A stretch of DNA of 64,000 nt from Octopus sinensis (Eukaryota): contig NC_043000.1 of NCBI RefSeq assembly GCF_006345805.1, forward strand, positions 32,612,001 through 32,676,000, written 5' to 3'. Under the pieces are notes generated by a model that saw nothing but the letters and a program-made list of their open reading frames with translations, was not told the origin of the DNA and searched no databases. A program made the translations under genes and the position numbers. This document shows, in pieces, positions 1 through 13,067 of this stretch (its first letter is position 1; the number at the start of each line of letters is the position of its first letter).

Positions 1-981
1 CACACACTCTGCTGGACACCAATCCATTTTGGTCAACCCTATGACATACAGTGTACCAATTCAAAAACTGAGACATGTTGGATCATCATTGTTTTCATGT
101 CAACTTCTTCATGTTAGCATGGGTATGACGAGAGTATGTTGTGAGAATTTCTCTACAGATGGATGCTCTTCCAGATGCCAACCCCTACCCATATTTCCAA
201 GTGAGGCAATAATCTCTCAGTCTATCAAACTAGAAACATATTTTCCAGGTGGACTGTAAGCAAGCAACACCATCCAAAACTATAAGCAAACCATTGTAAA
301 CAACCAGCAAAGATGAGGGAAATACAAATGCACACACACACAAATGCATGCACACGCGATGGGCTTCTTTCAGTTTCTTTCAACCAAATCCACCAAAAGG
401 CTTTGGTTAGTCTGGGGTTATAGTATAGAAGGCTCTTATGCAAGGTGAAGGTCTACATTGGCGTCACTGGTTAATGGTAAATCTAAGAGAGGTCGATGGA
501 TGCCAACGAGTTTGGTATTCCAGTTTCCATAGCAGCCAAACATATTTATACTGCAATTAGTGACCAATTTTGTGATTAGTTACAAGTTTCCAACAGACAG
601 CCAATCACTGGATTCACTGTATCAGTGATGGTGAGTGTGACAAGGGAGTGTTTGTAACTAGATGCAAAACAAACAGCACAAAGGCTTCACAGGAAAATAG
701 TGGGTTTTCTTCACCAATGTTTACATCCTTCACTGATCTGCATTGCTCAAACACACACAGACATATTTCTGCTCAGTTCCCACTCAGAAAATATTGGTCA
801 ACTCAGAGCTGTGGCAGAGAACACTTTCCTGAAGTGCTATGCAATGGGACTGAATCCAGAGCCATGGTGATTACAAATGAAACTTATCAAAACAGCCACG
901 CCTATAACTTAGGTTAACACTCAGCAATTTCTGAATCTCTCTTATAAACTAAGTCTCATCTGTAAGAACCAAAATTAACTT

Positions 982-2212
982 TCGAGGTGGAATCAAAAAG
1001 TTCCCAGACCAATGAAGTTTAATAAACAATGAATTTTTACATCATCTTTGAAATAGTCCCCTTGTGGTGCAATACACCAGTCCCAGTGTTCCTGCCACTT
1101 TTGGAATCCAGTGTGGAAACCATTTTCTGGAAGCGAGTCAAAGACCTTCTGTGATTTGCTCAGAATCTCAACAACAGTGTTAAAACGGTGGGAAAGAGAT
1201 GGAAATCTGCAGGTCCTAAATCTGGTGAGGTGCGGAAGCAATACCATGTTGTCTTTTGCAAGGAACTCACAAGTGAGGAGAGCTCAGTGATAGGATGTGT
1301 TGTCATTGTGAAGAATCTAATTCTTCACACTCCAAAGATCGTTTTCACTGAATGTCCTTCCCCCAAATGCTTCAAAATGCTGCTGTAGAACTCTTAATTG
1401 ACTATCTGGCCCTGGGGGATGAATTCTCAATATCATGGATATTGAAAATAAACGATAAGTATGCACTTGATTGAGCTGCGGTTCTGTCATGACTTCTTCG
1501 GTCGAGGAGGTGAAGGTCTCTTCCATTGCGGCAACTGCTGCTTCATCTCAGGGTTGTTCCCATAGACCCAACTATTGTCACTGGTGGTGATCCTCAACAT
1601 GAAGGATGGATCATCAGTGATACGTTGATGGAGATCTTGACAGACTTTGACACGGTGTTCTTTCTGCTCAGTGGTCAGCAGGTAGGGGACAAACTTGGCA
1701 GGCGTTAGGATTGCCTGCATGTACTCATATGATAGACCAACAACATCAGCAATGTGGTTGTTCGTCCTCTAATGATCCTCATGCAAAAGCTGATGAATTC
1801 CCCCCACATTTCCAGAGGTGATGCTCATGGCAGGTCTTCCAGATCGCTCATCGTCTTCCAGGGACGTTCTACTTTTGAAGTGTTCATGCCACTCAAAACA
1901 TTGCATCCGAACCATTGCCTCGTCCGTAAGCTTGCTGAAGCATGCTCAATGTCTCTGGAGAAGACTTCCTAAGTTTAATACAAAATTTTATGTTGGTTCT
2001 TTCTTCCAACTTCCCATCCATGACAAAATCACGGACAACATACACGGGATCACAAAATACAAATTTCACAACTTGCAAAGCAAACACAGCTACGTCACTC
2101 GGCACACTGCCTCATGAAGGTCACTGCTAGCTCTCACTGCGCACATAACCGTGTGCTGCCATCTGTTGGCATGCTATGGAACTAGTCTGAGAACTTTTTG
2201 ATACCACCTTGT
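982..2212 (-). mobile_element. Decayed Tc1/mariner (mariner-type) DNA transposon
   Basis: TIRs cgaggtggaatcaaaaagttcccagac (983-1009) and gtctgagaactttttgataccaccttg (2185-2211). Broken transposase: ERTNIKFCIKLRKSSPETLSML (HTH), AKFVPYLLTTEQKEHRV, ITTSDNSWVY, FQKWQEHWDWCIAPQGDYF. Confidence 0.92.
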
Positions 2213-3174
2213 GAGTCTACAGAATTAAGAAATCTTCAAATATTTCAACATTAAAGTGAAACAAACCAAGTCTGAGTGGCAGCTGTTAGTTTTACTTATC
2301 TTGATTGTTACTTTTTTTTTTTTTTTGTTGGTTTTTTTTCAGTTCAAACCACATAAGAATCAATTTGTCATCCTGATAACAAAATCAATACCAGTTATAC
2401 ACAGAGTGATTCAAATTGGACTTGTGTTTATTCAGAGAATGTAAAATTCATCAATAAAGAATAACCAATGACCAGAAGCCAACAACTACCCACCCCCTCT
2501 CTCTGTAATTACATTATCAATTAACATTATTCGTTAATCAAATTAAAAATTACATTTGTCTTACTTGTCTGAAATAAAGTCAAAGAGCCAGTAGAGTTTG
2601 AACTTAGTACCACAAGCTACCAAATGCCACATGTTCCACAGGCTGCAGCTAAACGAGACCAGTGGTCAGTGAACCTCTTGTCCCACTGCAGTTCTCAACT
2701 GGACACCAAAAAAGAAGTGAAATGATCAAACATATCCTGTATGAAATACAGGCTTTCTGAGTAACATCTGCTTCTACTTGCATAAACAACTAAATATAAT
2801 GGATCTTGGTTCCTTTCTTGTTTGCTTATAACTTCAGTCTTTGCTAAATTTACTTTGAGGTCTCTTAATTCAAAATTTTGCTTGTATGTTGAGAATATTC
2901 TGCTCTAAATCTTCAAGTCACCAGCACACAGCAATTCTCACAGAGCTAAACTTAAACACTTGTGTCTGTGGCCTGAAGCTCTATAATAAATAAGGAAGGG
3001 CTGAGAATTGAACCTTGCTGGATGCCTAGTTGCATAAATTCATTCCTCACTCTCCTCCTGCTAAACTATATTTCCCTTTATACACACACGTACCTTTGTG
3101 TTGGGGGGGGGGGGGGTCATCTTTACCTTGTTATCTCCCCTACTTTCCTTCTCCTGTCTGACCATTCTGTCCAA

Positions 3175-3372
3175 GTCAGTCGCCATGATAGATCGTTAGC
3201 CACTACACACATTTTTTTCTCTCCTTGTTTTTTCTGTGTGCCTTTCTGTAGAAGAGCATAGGCTCGAAACGTAAAAGACTTTTTCTATTCTTGAGCGTTA
3301 TACTAATACATCTGTTTGTTTTCTACACCACCTGTCTTCGTCTTTTGTTTTTTTCGTAAACTCTCCTTATAT
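3175..3372 (+). mobile_element. Penelope-like terminal-repeat fragment with hammerhead-like motif
   Basis: Contains ctttctgtagaagagcataggctcgaaacgtaaaag. Related copies at 11715-11880 (+), 29975-30125 (-), 37450-37610 (-) and 63005-63110 (+). Confidence 0.6.
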
Positions 3373-3479
3373 TTCTGTACTTTGGTTTATATGACCCCTG
3401 TGTACCCCTAGCTTTTTAGGTGTTTGCTAAACTACAGAGCACGGAACCCAATCGAAGGTCTCTTTTTTTTTCAGGTCAA

Positions 3480-3800
3480 TAAATGCCAGCTACAGAAGCA
3501 GCTGACCCCTAGCTGCTGCTCATGCAGTTGTTTGTACGCTGTAACACCTCTTCCTAACACAAAGCCAAGCTGCATCTGATGCAGGCTAATTCCGTTCCTC
3601 ATCAATCGTTCTGTAGATCTTCCCATGTCTTTCCTAACTAGATCCATCAATTTGATGCCTGTGAAGTTGTCTGTTTCTGGTGCATCTCTTTTCTCCTTGT
3701 AGCAGATGATTAAGATGCCTAGACACACAGGGTGGTCTGACAGCTGATTTCACAAGATACTACTGTCAGTGATGTCAGAGTTAGCTATAAGTTCACCATG
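3480..3800 (-). mobile_element. Old RTE LINE reverse-transcriptase fragment
   Basis: CYKEKRDAPETDNFTGIKLMD...LHQMQLGFVLGRG is a degenerate match to CYKGKSDTLDTNNYRGIKLLD...LDEMQFGFVPGK in the intact RTE at 13607-15110. Confidence 0.8.
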
Positions 3801-4464
3801 TCAAATCAATAATGAGATTAATTACTTGGATATATCATTTATAAGCAATTTTCTACTCTTAACAAACATTCTGAAGCTTTGTAAAAACCTCAGAAGACTT
3901 TGAAGCTACTGGATTCATATACCTTAGATAAAAGATTGCTCTACAAATTGATAATTATTAATATTAATTACAGAGAAGGTAGCGAGCTGGCAGGATCGTT
4001 AACACCCCAGCAAAATGCTTAGTGGCATTTTGTCCATTTTTAGGACAACTTTGCCATTCATCCTTCCGGGGTGGATAAAATAGGGTACCAGTTGCGTACT
4101 GGGGTCAATGTAATTAATTTACTCCTTCCCTTAAAATTGCTGGCCTTGTGCCAAAATTAGAAAAATTTTACAGAATTCTAAATTATGACCAATCATAATC
4201 ATCATCACCATTTTTCATGCTGGTGTAAGTTGGAGAGATTATCAGGTTCTGAAACAGTCGTTACTAGGAGCGAAGGACCTCATAGAAGGATAAGAAGACC
4301 TTGACTAGGGTAACTGAGGTGAAAACGATGGGACATATAATAATAGGTGGACAATGGTAAATGGTGGAAGACAACAGAAGCAACTCAGGGAAAGGGTGAG
4401 TTATGAGTGGCAGAGTACATAAAAGAGGAAAGGTAGAGTTTATTGAGTCCAACCAGGTTAAATC

Positions 4465-4725
4465 ATCATCATCGTTTAATGTCCGTTTTCTGTGCTAGCA
4501 TGGCTTGGACAGTTCGACCGAGGTCTGGGAAGCCAGGAGGCTGCACCAGGCTCCAGTCTGATCTGGCAGAGTTTCTACAGCTGGATGCCCTTCCTAACGC
4601 CAACCACTTCGTGAGTGTAGTGGGTGTTTTTTCCATGCCACCTGCACAGGTGCCAGGCGAGGCTGGCAACGGCCACGATCGGTTAGTACTTTTTTCGTGC
4701 CACCAGCATGGAGGCCAGTCAAGGC
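4465..4725 (-). mobile_element. RTE 3'-end fragment ((GAT)n-tailed)
   Basis: Same sequence as the 3' UTR of the RTE at 13068-13606. Confidence 0.85.
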
Positions 4726-4981
4726 GGGAGGTTCCTTTATACAATGGTTTTATGATATGAGGAGAGATGTGAAGTGCTGGTGGTGGTGGTAGGAGAATTA
4801 AATATAGGAAAGTCTCATAGTATCCATCATACATAAGTAACAAAGAAAGATGTCTACTGGTTAGCTGGAGGTCATTGAGCTGCTTACGGTTGTATATGGT
4901 GGTAGGATTTCAGTGGATGGTTAAAGCTGTGTCTAAACCAAGGGTTTCATTGCTGGTCTGGTGGTATTTGTTTGCAGTGAA

Positions 4982-5216
4982 TACCTATTTCTTTACTACC
5001 CACAAGGGGCTAAACACAGAGAGGACAAACAAGGACAGACAAATGGATAAAGTTGATTATATTGACCCCAGTGCATAACTGGTACTTAATTTATCAACCC
5101 TGAAAGGATGAAAGGCAAAGTCAACCTCAGTGGAAGTTGAACTCAGAATGTAACGACAGACGAAATACGGCTACGCATTTCGCCTGGCGTGCTAACGATT
5201 CTGCCAGCCCGCCGCC
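4982..5216 (-). mobile_element. tRNA-derived SINE family 1
   Basis: Head ggcgggctggcagaatcgttagcacgcc, B-box gttctgagttcaa, body gcctttcatcctttcggggtcgataaattaagtaccag. Confidence 0.85.
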
Positions 5217-5374
5217 ATAAATACCATTACTGCAACGATTGATAGAAACACTGAGACTATGAATAACTTCAATGGAGTGCACCTAATGGCCCCACGTCTC
5301 TGGGTTGGGCTGCAGGTCTGATGACCAGTGGTAAGAATAACTGTAAGTCAATTCTATTGTACAACCAGTACCAG

Positions 5375-5905
5375 GCAGTGGCTCTCGTGGTTTCTGATCT
5401 TAACTGATTGAAAGTATTATCATGTGCATTGTTTTGTCTTGGTATAAAAGAAGGGCTACCACAGATATTCTGCTCAATACCACAGATTTGCTTGTCAGTT
5501 GTTTGACTTTAACCACTTGAGCATGTCCCTTAGTGGCTGTGCATCTCTGATCACAAGTAGAAATAGTGGGGGAGCATCATAGCCATATATTGAGAGGAAT
5601 TCTTTGGGGTTTGGATAATTCACCTCTGGAAACATGGGTGTTTCATTCAACATTCTTAAACAACCCTTATTCAGGGACCATTTGAATGGGATGGGCTCCT
5701 CGACCAGTAGAAAATTTTAACTGGGCCCCACCTGCAAGGTCATGTGCTGTTTATCTTGATATGAGATCACCATGCTGCACACATATGGCTGTGATGCATG
5801 AGCCTGGTGTACCCTCGATAGATGGGTAGTCATGTTGGGTATACTGGGCTTCGTATATCTGTATCCCAGTGTCATTTTGATGGTATGCACTGCTCTCTCA
5901 TTCAA
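5375..5905 (+). repeat. About 530-bp interspersed repeat with (AAT)n tail (tail resumes at about 6160 after a nested insertion)
   Basis: Recalled as a common octopus repeat; only one copy in this window. The tail ...ctctctcattcaat is split by the RTE fragment at 5906. Confidence 0.45.
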
Positions 5906-6155
5906 TCATCATCATCGTTTAACTTCCGCTTTCCATGCTAGCATGGGTTGAACGGTTTGACTGTGGGCTGGCGAACCAGATGGCTGCACCAGGCTCCAAT
6001 CTTGATCTGGCAGAGTTTCTACAGCTGGATGCCCTTCCTAATGCCAAACACTCCGAGAGTGTAGTGGGTGCTTTTTACGTGCCACCGACACAGGGGCCAG
6101 TCAGGCAGTACTGGCAACGACCTCGCTCAAATTTTTTTACACATGCCAACAGCAT
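5906..6155 (-). mobile_element. RTE 3'-end fragment
   Basis: catcatcatcgtttaac...ctacagctggatgcccttcctaatgccaa motif. Confidence 0.85.
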
Positions 6156-9100
6156 GTACAATCAATAATAATAATAATACTGATTTCAAATTTTGACATA
6201 AGGCCAGCAATTATAGGGGTGGGGCTAAGTTGATTATATATATCTAGGACTATATTATTCAATAGGTCCTTCTTTATTTAAGAGGGCTGGGTGTGATTTG
6301 TGAGGATTTAGCTGCTAATTCTCACAACTCAATCAGTCAAGTTGAGGCATTGATTGTTTACAGTATTTGTGTCAGTAGAGATAGGTGTAAGCCAGCTGAG
6401 ATATAAAACGGAACGGAGTGAGGGAAGGGGTCAGGAACAAATGAGATTGTAAGAAGTCCAGGCAAGTTGTACAATCCTTCAACATATTTTAACAGTTTGA
6501 ACGAAGTAACTCCATTGTTTATGAAGGGGGAATCAAAGCAATGACAAAATGTTTTGTTAGTTTCTTTATCATTTATTTCATTATTATTTATACCTTCGTG
6601 TTTGACGATGGAAATATTTGATAAAATATTAAGAATATGAAATGTTGGATTAATTGAAAATAATCTTGAATCGAAGCTAAGAACAGAGTGAGCAAATTTA
6701 TAACCGAGTACGAAAAAGAATTTAATATAGGGACGATGGTGTATGTAATAACTAAAGAGAATGTGAGGATGAAGATGTGTGTAGTTTGTAGATGTGTTCA
6801 AAGATATTCATTCGTGTCGATAAGGATATATGTGTGTATGTACGATGTGGTCACATCTCAAGGTGTTGTGCTGCTAATTGGTGAATTACAGGCACCAATT
6901 AAAAGGCGATTTAGTTCAAACAGATTAAAAGTCTTGAGCAAACAGCTGGATAGAATGTAGAAGTGTTATTACACTTGGGATAATAACTAGAATTGAAGAC
7001 TTGTGGTTTGCGGTAACAGAGTTACATTTAGAAATATAAAATAGTGTGGAATATTTAAATTTTGAGATGGAAAATTCTTCATAGATGAAGAACAAAAAAG
7101 GCGTCTTTAGACAATTGCTCAATTTGCTAAAAAAAAAAAAAAAAGCCCCCAAATCGTCCTCAAAATACATCCTACGGTTTATAGAAGAACACTAAATAAT
7201 ATCGTACTTCTTTTATTTATTCAGATCCTTCAAAATAACCCTACATTATGTGTGTGTGTACATAATCGGGACCAAATGTAAGCAGCAGCAGTTTGTAACG
7301 AAGACTTAAAAATTAAATAGAAAAAGATAACACCTGGATTGGAAGGTCGCTTTTTGTGATAAAGTTTGTCTTTGACACACAGGACTTGGAAGAACCAAAC
7401 ACATACGAAATAGTGCAAACATACTTTATATTGTATACATTATTCAGTCTCTAAGATGAAGGACTAATACATATGCTAGCAACTTATGTCGTACCCAAGG
7501 GTGCAACACAATAGCAGTGGGGTCTTTATTAAATAATAAGGCAAATCTAGCTAGCACCGGCCAAGGAAGGCGCCTCTATGAGGCCAGCTAGATATTGTTG
7601 CCTAAAGAAAAGCACATTAGGCAATGAAGTCAGCTGTACGCGACTAGAATGACTTGGGCCACAGATCTGCGTGATTAAGGCCGACACAGGGCTGAACAAC
7701 AACAAATTCTAAATCGATTCGTTTTAAAGTCATAGAAAGTTCATATATTTACGCAGACACTTTAAGAATTAAACGATATGATGCGTGTTGGTATATATTT
7801 ATAATGTAATAGTTTGGTACGAATGAAGCACCTGGGCCCACATCTTTCGCAGGCTGTTCAAATATTGTGAATTAGAGTATGAACGAATATTAAGGGGAAA
7901 AAAAACAGTGAGAACGTAATTTTTCCATTAAGGACACCATTCAAAGTCATTTCTTTCCTCTCCTTAATCCCAAACTAAAAGACTTGCTCCCTGGAGCCCT
8001 TTTACCTCGAAGATGATGCAAAAAATAAAAATTGTTCAAAGTGAAAAACTCGCTGATGAGGTTAAAGACTTCAAATCCTTGAATGTTTTTGGTCAATAAA
8101 GACCTTCTTACAGTTCTAATAATTCGTAATCACCTGCAATATACATACATATATCATGCTACCCCATTTACACACACACATATACATACACACATATATA
8201 TATATATTTATAAACTGACTTTCAGTAACGTTGATGTTTCCACATGGACACTTAATTTAAAATCTTTGATACACACGAATATGGTGTGTGTGTGTGTTGC
8301 TTTGTCTAAGAGTGTGATATTACGGAGTCTATTAGGTAATAAAGACAGCAACAAAAGATGTCATATTTCCCCCCAAGATGCTTTGTAATAAACTTGTACA
8401 ACAATTTATTGGAGAAAAGCTGATGTAGACAATCAGTTCCGATTTGAGTAAATTCAATATTGAAACAGTTATTGGTAAAATACGTGTGGTTTGTTATACG
8501 TGTGTGTACATGTGTAGATATACGTGTATATGTAGGCATGTGTGTATATGTGCATATATATGTGTGTGGGCGTAAAATATGGAAGATTAATTTTTTTTCT
8601 CCATAAATGAAATAAACAATGTCTTTAAACGTCGCTCAATGAATCTAGTAGACATGGACACCCACACAAAGATCGTAGTATAAGAACAGTGTAGTGTTGG
8701 CTTTAAAATATTTAACATAAATTTTAAATTAGACCCGAAGATATTAACATTCTAGAGGAGAGCAAATAAGATGTGATGTTCATGCTTAGCCAGAAGATAT
8801 TAGCGGTAAAACAAAAGACCGAGGTGGATTTTAATTGGGAACATACAAAGTACAGCCAGGCTGTGTGTAACCTCTAACAGTTTTTGAAAGTACGTGTTTG
8901 TGGCAGCAGTTGTTTAGTATTGAATTAATTGTGTATGATTTTACTAGTTTAATTAATTAAATGCATACGTAAACACAACAGTTGTAAAGTCTAAATATTT
9001 TGCTTTTAAATTTAGAATCAAAATGATTTTTTTATTATGATTAATATTATTATTTTAATAAAGATTACAACTGCACCAAACAAAACAGCGATAGTATTCC

Positions 9101-9310
9101 AGAGCAGAGTGAGAGAACTTAACAAAAGAAAAGAAAAAAAGATGAAGAAAAACAATTAATTTGTTTTAAAAGAGAGAAAACAACAACAAAGTTGAAAGTA
9201 ATGAGAAAATGTTTAGAATAAAACATGAGAAAAGTAAAATTTAAGAAATATGTTGCCGAACGTGGTCGAGTGAAAGCAGGTACGTGATAAATAGTTTAGT
9301 CTTTTCTTAC

Positions 9311-9373
9311 CAGATAGTCTTTGATAACTTTGCCTGTCGACATCATCTTTTTAATGATCCGGTAGGGTTGCAT
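9311..9373 (-). CDS. Candidate first coding exon of an unidentified minus-strand gene (MQPYRIIKKMMSTGKVIKDYL)
   Basis: Minus strand reads gctaccATG (good Kozak context), then 21 codons and a phase-0 CTG|gtaaga donor. Upstream lies a GC-rich (GCC)n(ACC)n leader. No homolog recognised and no downstream exon found in the window. Confidence 0.45.
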
Positions 9374-9803
9374 GGTAGCTGAGCTTTTTGCTTGGTTTCC
9401 TTACCACTTCTTTTTCCTTTTTCTTCTTCTTCTAGAGTAGAGGTGGGGGAGGGTAAGTTGCTGAAGAGACTAAGCTGGTGGTGGTGGTGGTGGTGGTGGC
9501 GGCGGCGGCGGTGGCGGGAAAGCTAGAGGAGGAGGATCTGTTTTTGGCTGCCTCAAACACAAACAACACTTTTCTCATGAAAAAAGGTCAAGGTAGAAAG
9601 TGTGATGAACAGGCAGCCGAGAGTTACTTCCCCTTACGTTGCACTTGCATTATTATTACTGTCGGCTCTTCGCGTTCTCGGTTCGAATTCCGCCAAAGTC
9701 GACTTTGCCTTTCATCCTTTCGAGGTCTATAAATTAAGTACCACTAGGGTCGATGTAATCGACCCTTTCGTCTCCTCTAAAAAATTGCTGCCGAAGTGGC
9801 AAA

Positions 9804-10285
<482 letters not shown>

Positions 10286-11179
10286 GTTGTTGTTGTTGTT
10301 GTTATAGCGAAATCATTAGCACGTCGGATAAAATAATTTGATGCATTTTTCCTGGCCCTTTATGTTCTGAGTTCAAATCCTGCAAGATCAACTTTGCTTT
10401 CATTTTTCTAGTTCTTCTGGGGTTGATGAAAAACAGTTCCAATTAAATACTAGGTTAATGTATGAAGGCCTTTTGCCTAAATTACAAAATTATTATTATT
10501 TTGCTTGCCAACTTTTTTTCCCTCTCAACTTTATCTTTATCATTTTACCTACTTCATTACATACAAAATGTGTCTAAGTTTATCTCTCCCAGATAATAGC
10601 ACACAGATTTAAACAGTTGAGTTAGGTGAATAACCGATAAATTCGTTTCCTTGAGACATGCAATATATCATCAGCATGCTGAATCATAATTATGTATTTG
10701 ATGGCTTCTAAGGTACTTTATTTTTGCCAAAAGTCGAGCCTTGCAGAACCTTTAATACTCTGAAAACTAATTTTGCTGATCATCTGCTGCTGAAATTAGG
10801 GTGCATGCAAGATGCCCCTGTGTCTTTTATGCCATCAAATATGGTAATTAACTTTAGATTTTGGCATCAGCAAATGAGACGATGGAACACAAGACTGATG
10901 TGTGAGCATTCATATTAAAAAACAACTCAGGTATAACATGTACAGGTATAAAGCATGAGATTGATCATTACCTGTAAATTGATTTCCTTTTTTGGCACAA
11001 GGCCAGCAATTTCAGGGGGGGAGTAAGTAAATTACATCAACCCCAGTACATGACTGCTATTTATTTTATTGACTCTGAAAGGAAGAATGGCAAAGTCGAC
11101 CTTGGTGGAATTTGAACTCAGAACGTAAAGACAGATGAAATGCTGCTAGTTAGTGGTTCCAGAGCAGGAAAATCTGAAA

Positions 11180-11487
11180 GCTAGTGTTCAAATCTTGATA
11201 CACATACATGATCAATGTTGCTGTTGTTTGTTCCTTCTCGAGCCATACTTGACTCATAAGGGCCGATTTCCCAGTTTCATTGGCGTATAGGCTCCCCACC
11301 TGGATGGGAAGCCAGTCCGTTCGCAGGTGAGCTGCTAGATGCAGGAGGAAAGAGTGAGAGAAAGTTGTGGTGAAAGAGTCAGCAGAAGTTTGCCATTACT
11401 TTCTGCTAGAGCCTGGTCTGAGATTTGAACCCACAATCCCTCGACTACAAGTCCAGTGCTCTAACCACTAGGCCATGTGCCTCCACA
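11180..11487 (-). mobile_element. tRNA-derived SINE family 3 (V-SINE-like central motif)
   Basis: Minus head ggaggcacatggcctagtggttagagc plus B-box, and gactggcttcccatccagg. Other copies at 19385-19588, 21290-21420, 50560-50735 and 54473-54722. Confidence 0.7.
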
Positions 11488-11879
11488 TACATAATCAATA
11501 CATTGTGCTAATTATATTCATAAATACAATGTAGCTGTGAATGTTTCTGGACAATCTTATGACTACCATGTGATCTTAGTTGAAATTTTACTATAACCGC
11601 TGCTCTATGAATTCTGTCTTTTCCCTTGCACATTGTTTGAGGATGTGGACTAAAGGGTATCCTGTTCCACTAGTCTATATTAGACTGATATATATTGACC
11701 GCTAACTCCAAAAGTTGTTTATTCTCTCTCTGTTTATTTCCTCATGTTCCTTTCTGCTGAAGAGCATAGGCTCGAAACATAAAAGACTTTTTCACCTTCC
11801 CGAGTGTCAAACTGATACACCTGTCTGTTGTTTATACACCTGTCTTCGTCTTTTGTGCTTCTATAAATTTCAACTATAC

Positions 11880-11913
11880 ATGTATATATATATATAATAT
11901 ATATATATATATG

Positions 11914-11958
<45 letters not shown>

Positions 11959-12059
11959 GTATATATATATATTATATATATATGTATATATATATATCCC
12001 AGAACCCCGGTCGAACCGTCCAACCCATGCTAGCATGGAGAACGGACGTTAAACGACAA

Positions 12060-12090
<31 letters not shown>
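11880..12090. repeat. (AT)n/(AC)n compound microsatellites
   Basis: Read directly; interrupted by a 60-bp RTE 3' tip at about 12000-12062. Confidence 0.95.
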
Positions 12091-12110
<20 letters not shown>

Positions 12111-12778
12111 CAGACATATATATAAATGTATGTGTGTGTGTGAGTGTACACATGTACATATGTGTGTGCATATGTATATATGTATGTATATATTATATGT
12201 GTTACCTTACATTGAAAATTTAATTACAAGTTTATCCATTAATGACATTGAAAAAACAGATTTTTTGCTTTTAGTCATTTCTATGACATTTATTTTAGAA
12301 GAAATAATAAATATATTGGATCTTTTCTGGTGGGGAGGAGGAGGAGGAGGAGGAAGAATAAAAGAAGAAGTAGAAGAAGCAGAAGAAGAAGAAGATGCAA
12401 TTTCTCCTTAGTTTTAACGAAAGTAATTGACATTTTGAAACCACGATATAATTTATAATTTGGACATTTTATTGCCAAGAGTTGAGTAAAGCTGGCGCTA
12501 GATTAAAATGTCAAAATTTCCAAAGATGTTGCGTTTATAATTGTGAAACAACAGACTAAGCAGCCCAGTTGTGTGTCGGTAATTTGAGTCAGGAATTACA
12601 GTCTGAAGTTACTCTGGGAATTTTCTAGTTTGGTCTCAGAATATTTCTGTATTTAATTTCTACAGATTTTGTAAATTTTCAACTCATTTTTTATCTTTTT
12701 CTTTTCTTTTGCCTTTTATTTTCTTATCACATCACATTTTCTCTCGTTATATTTGTCTCTCTTCTTGTCCTCTCCTTA

Positions 12779-12824
<46 letters not shown>

Positions 12825-13067
12825 CTCACACACACACATATGGCATGGTGAAGATTTGTAAGATGTTCCAAGAATTCTCCATCTGAGATTCTTATGTGAA
12901 CAGATGCACACACTTGGGTGTGTGCATCGGCAGTTCAACCAACACACCAACTCAACTGGGGACTCTCTTAACTCAAAAAGTCTTGTCATTTTGTTAGCAA
13001 CTAGTTTAAACTCTCTCAAGAACTTAAATTAAGCTCAAAGAAAACAAGCATGCATGCATCCATACAT

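Noticed and set aside
2564-2572. Possible 4-nt minus-strand microexon (tttcag ACAA gtaag)
   Set aside because: Such short matches occur by chance, and no supporting neighbouring exons were found.
4443-6168. Recurrent ORFs containing LAEFLQLDALPNANH (also at 13115, 19976, 30638, 33646, 41075 and 52550)
   Set aside because: These are antisense readings of the RTE 3' UTR repeat, not a protein family.
6358-6801. 147-aa minus-strand ORF
   Set aside because: Low-complexity AT-rich composition with no motifs. The best internal exon candidate (6594-6676) has a stop in the frame required to continue the 9311 exon.
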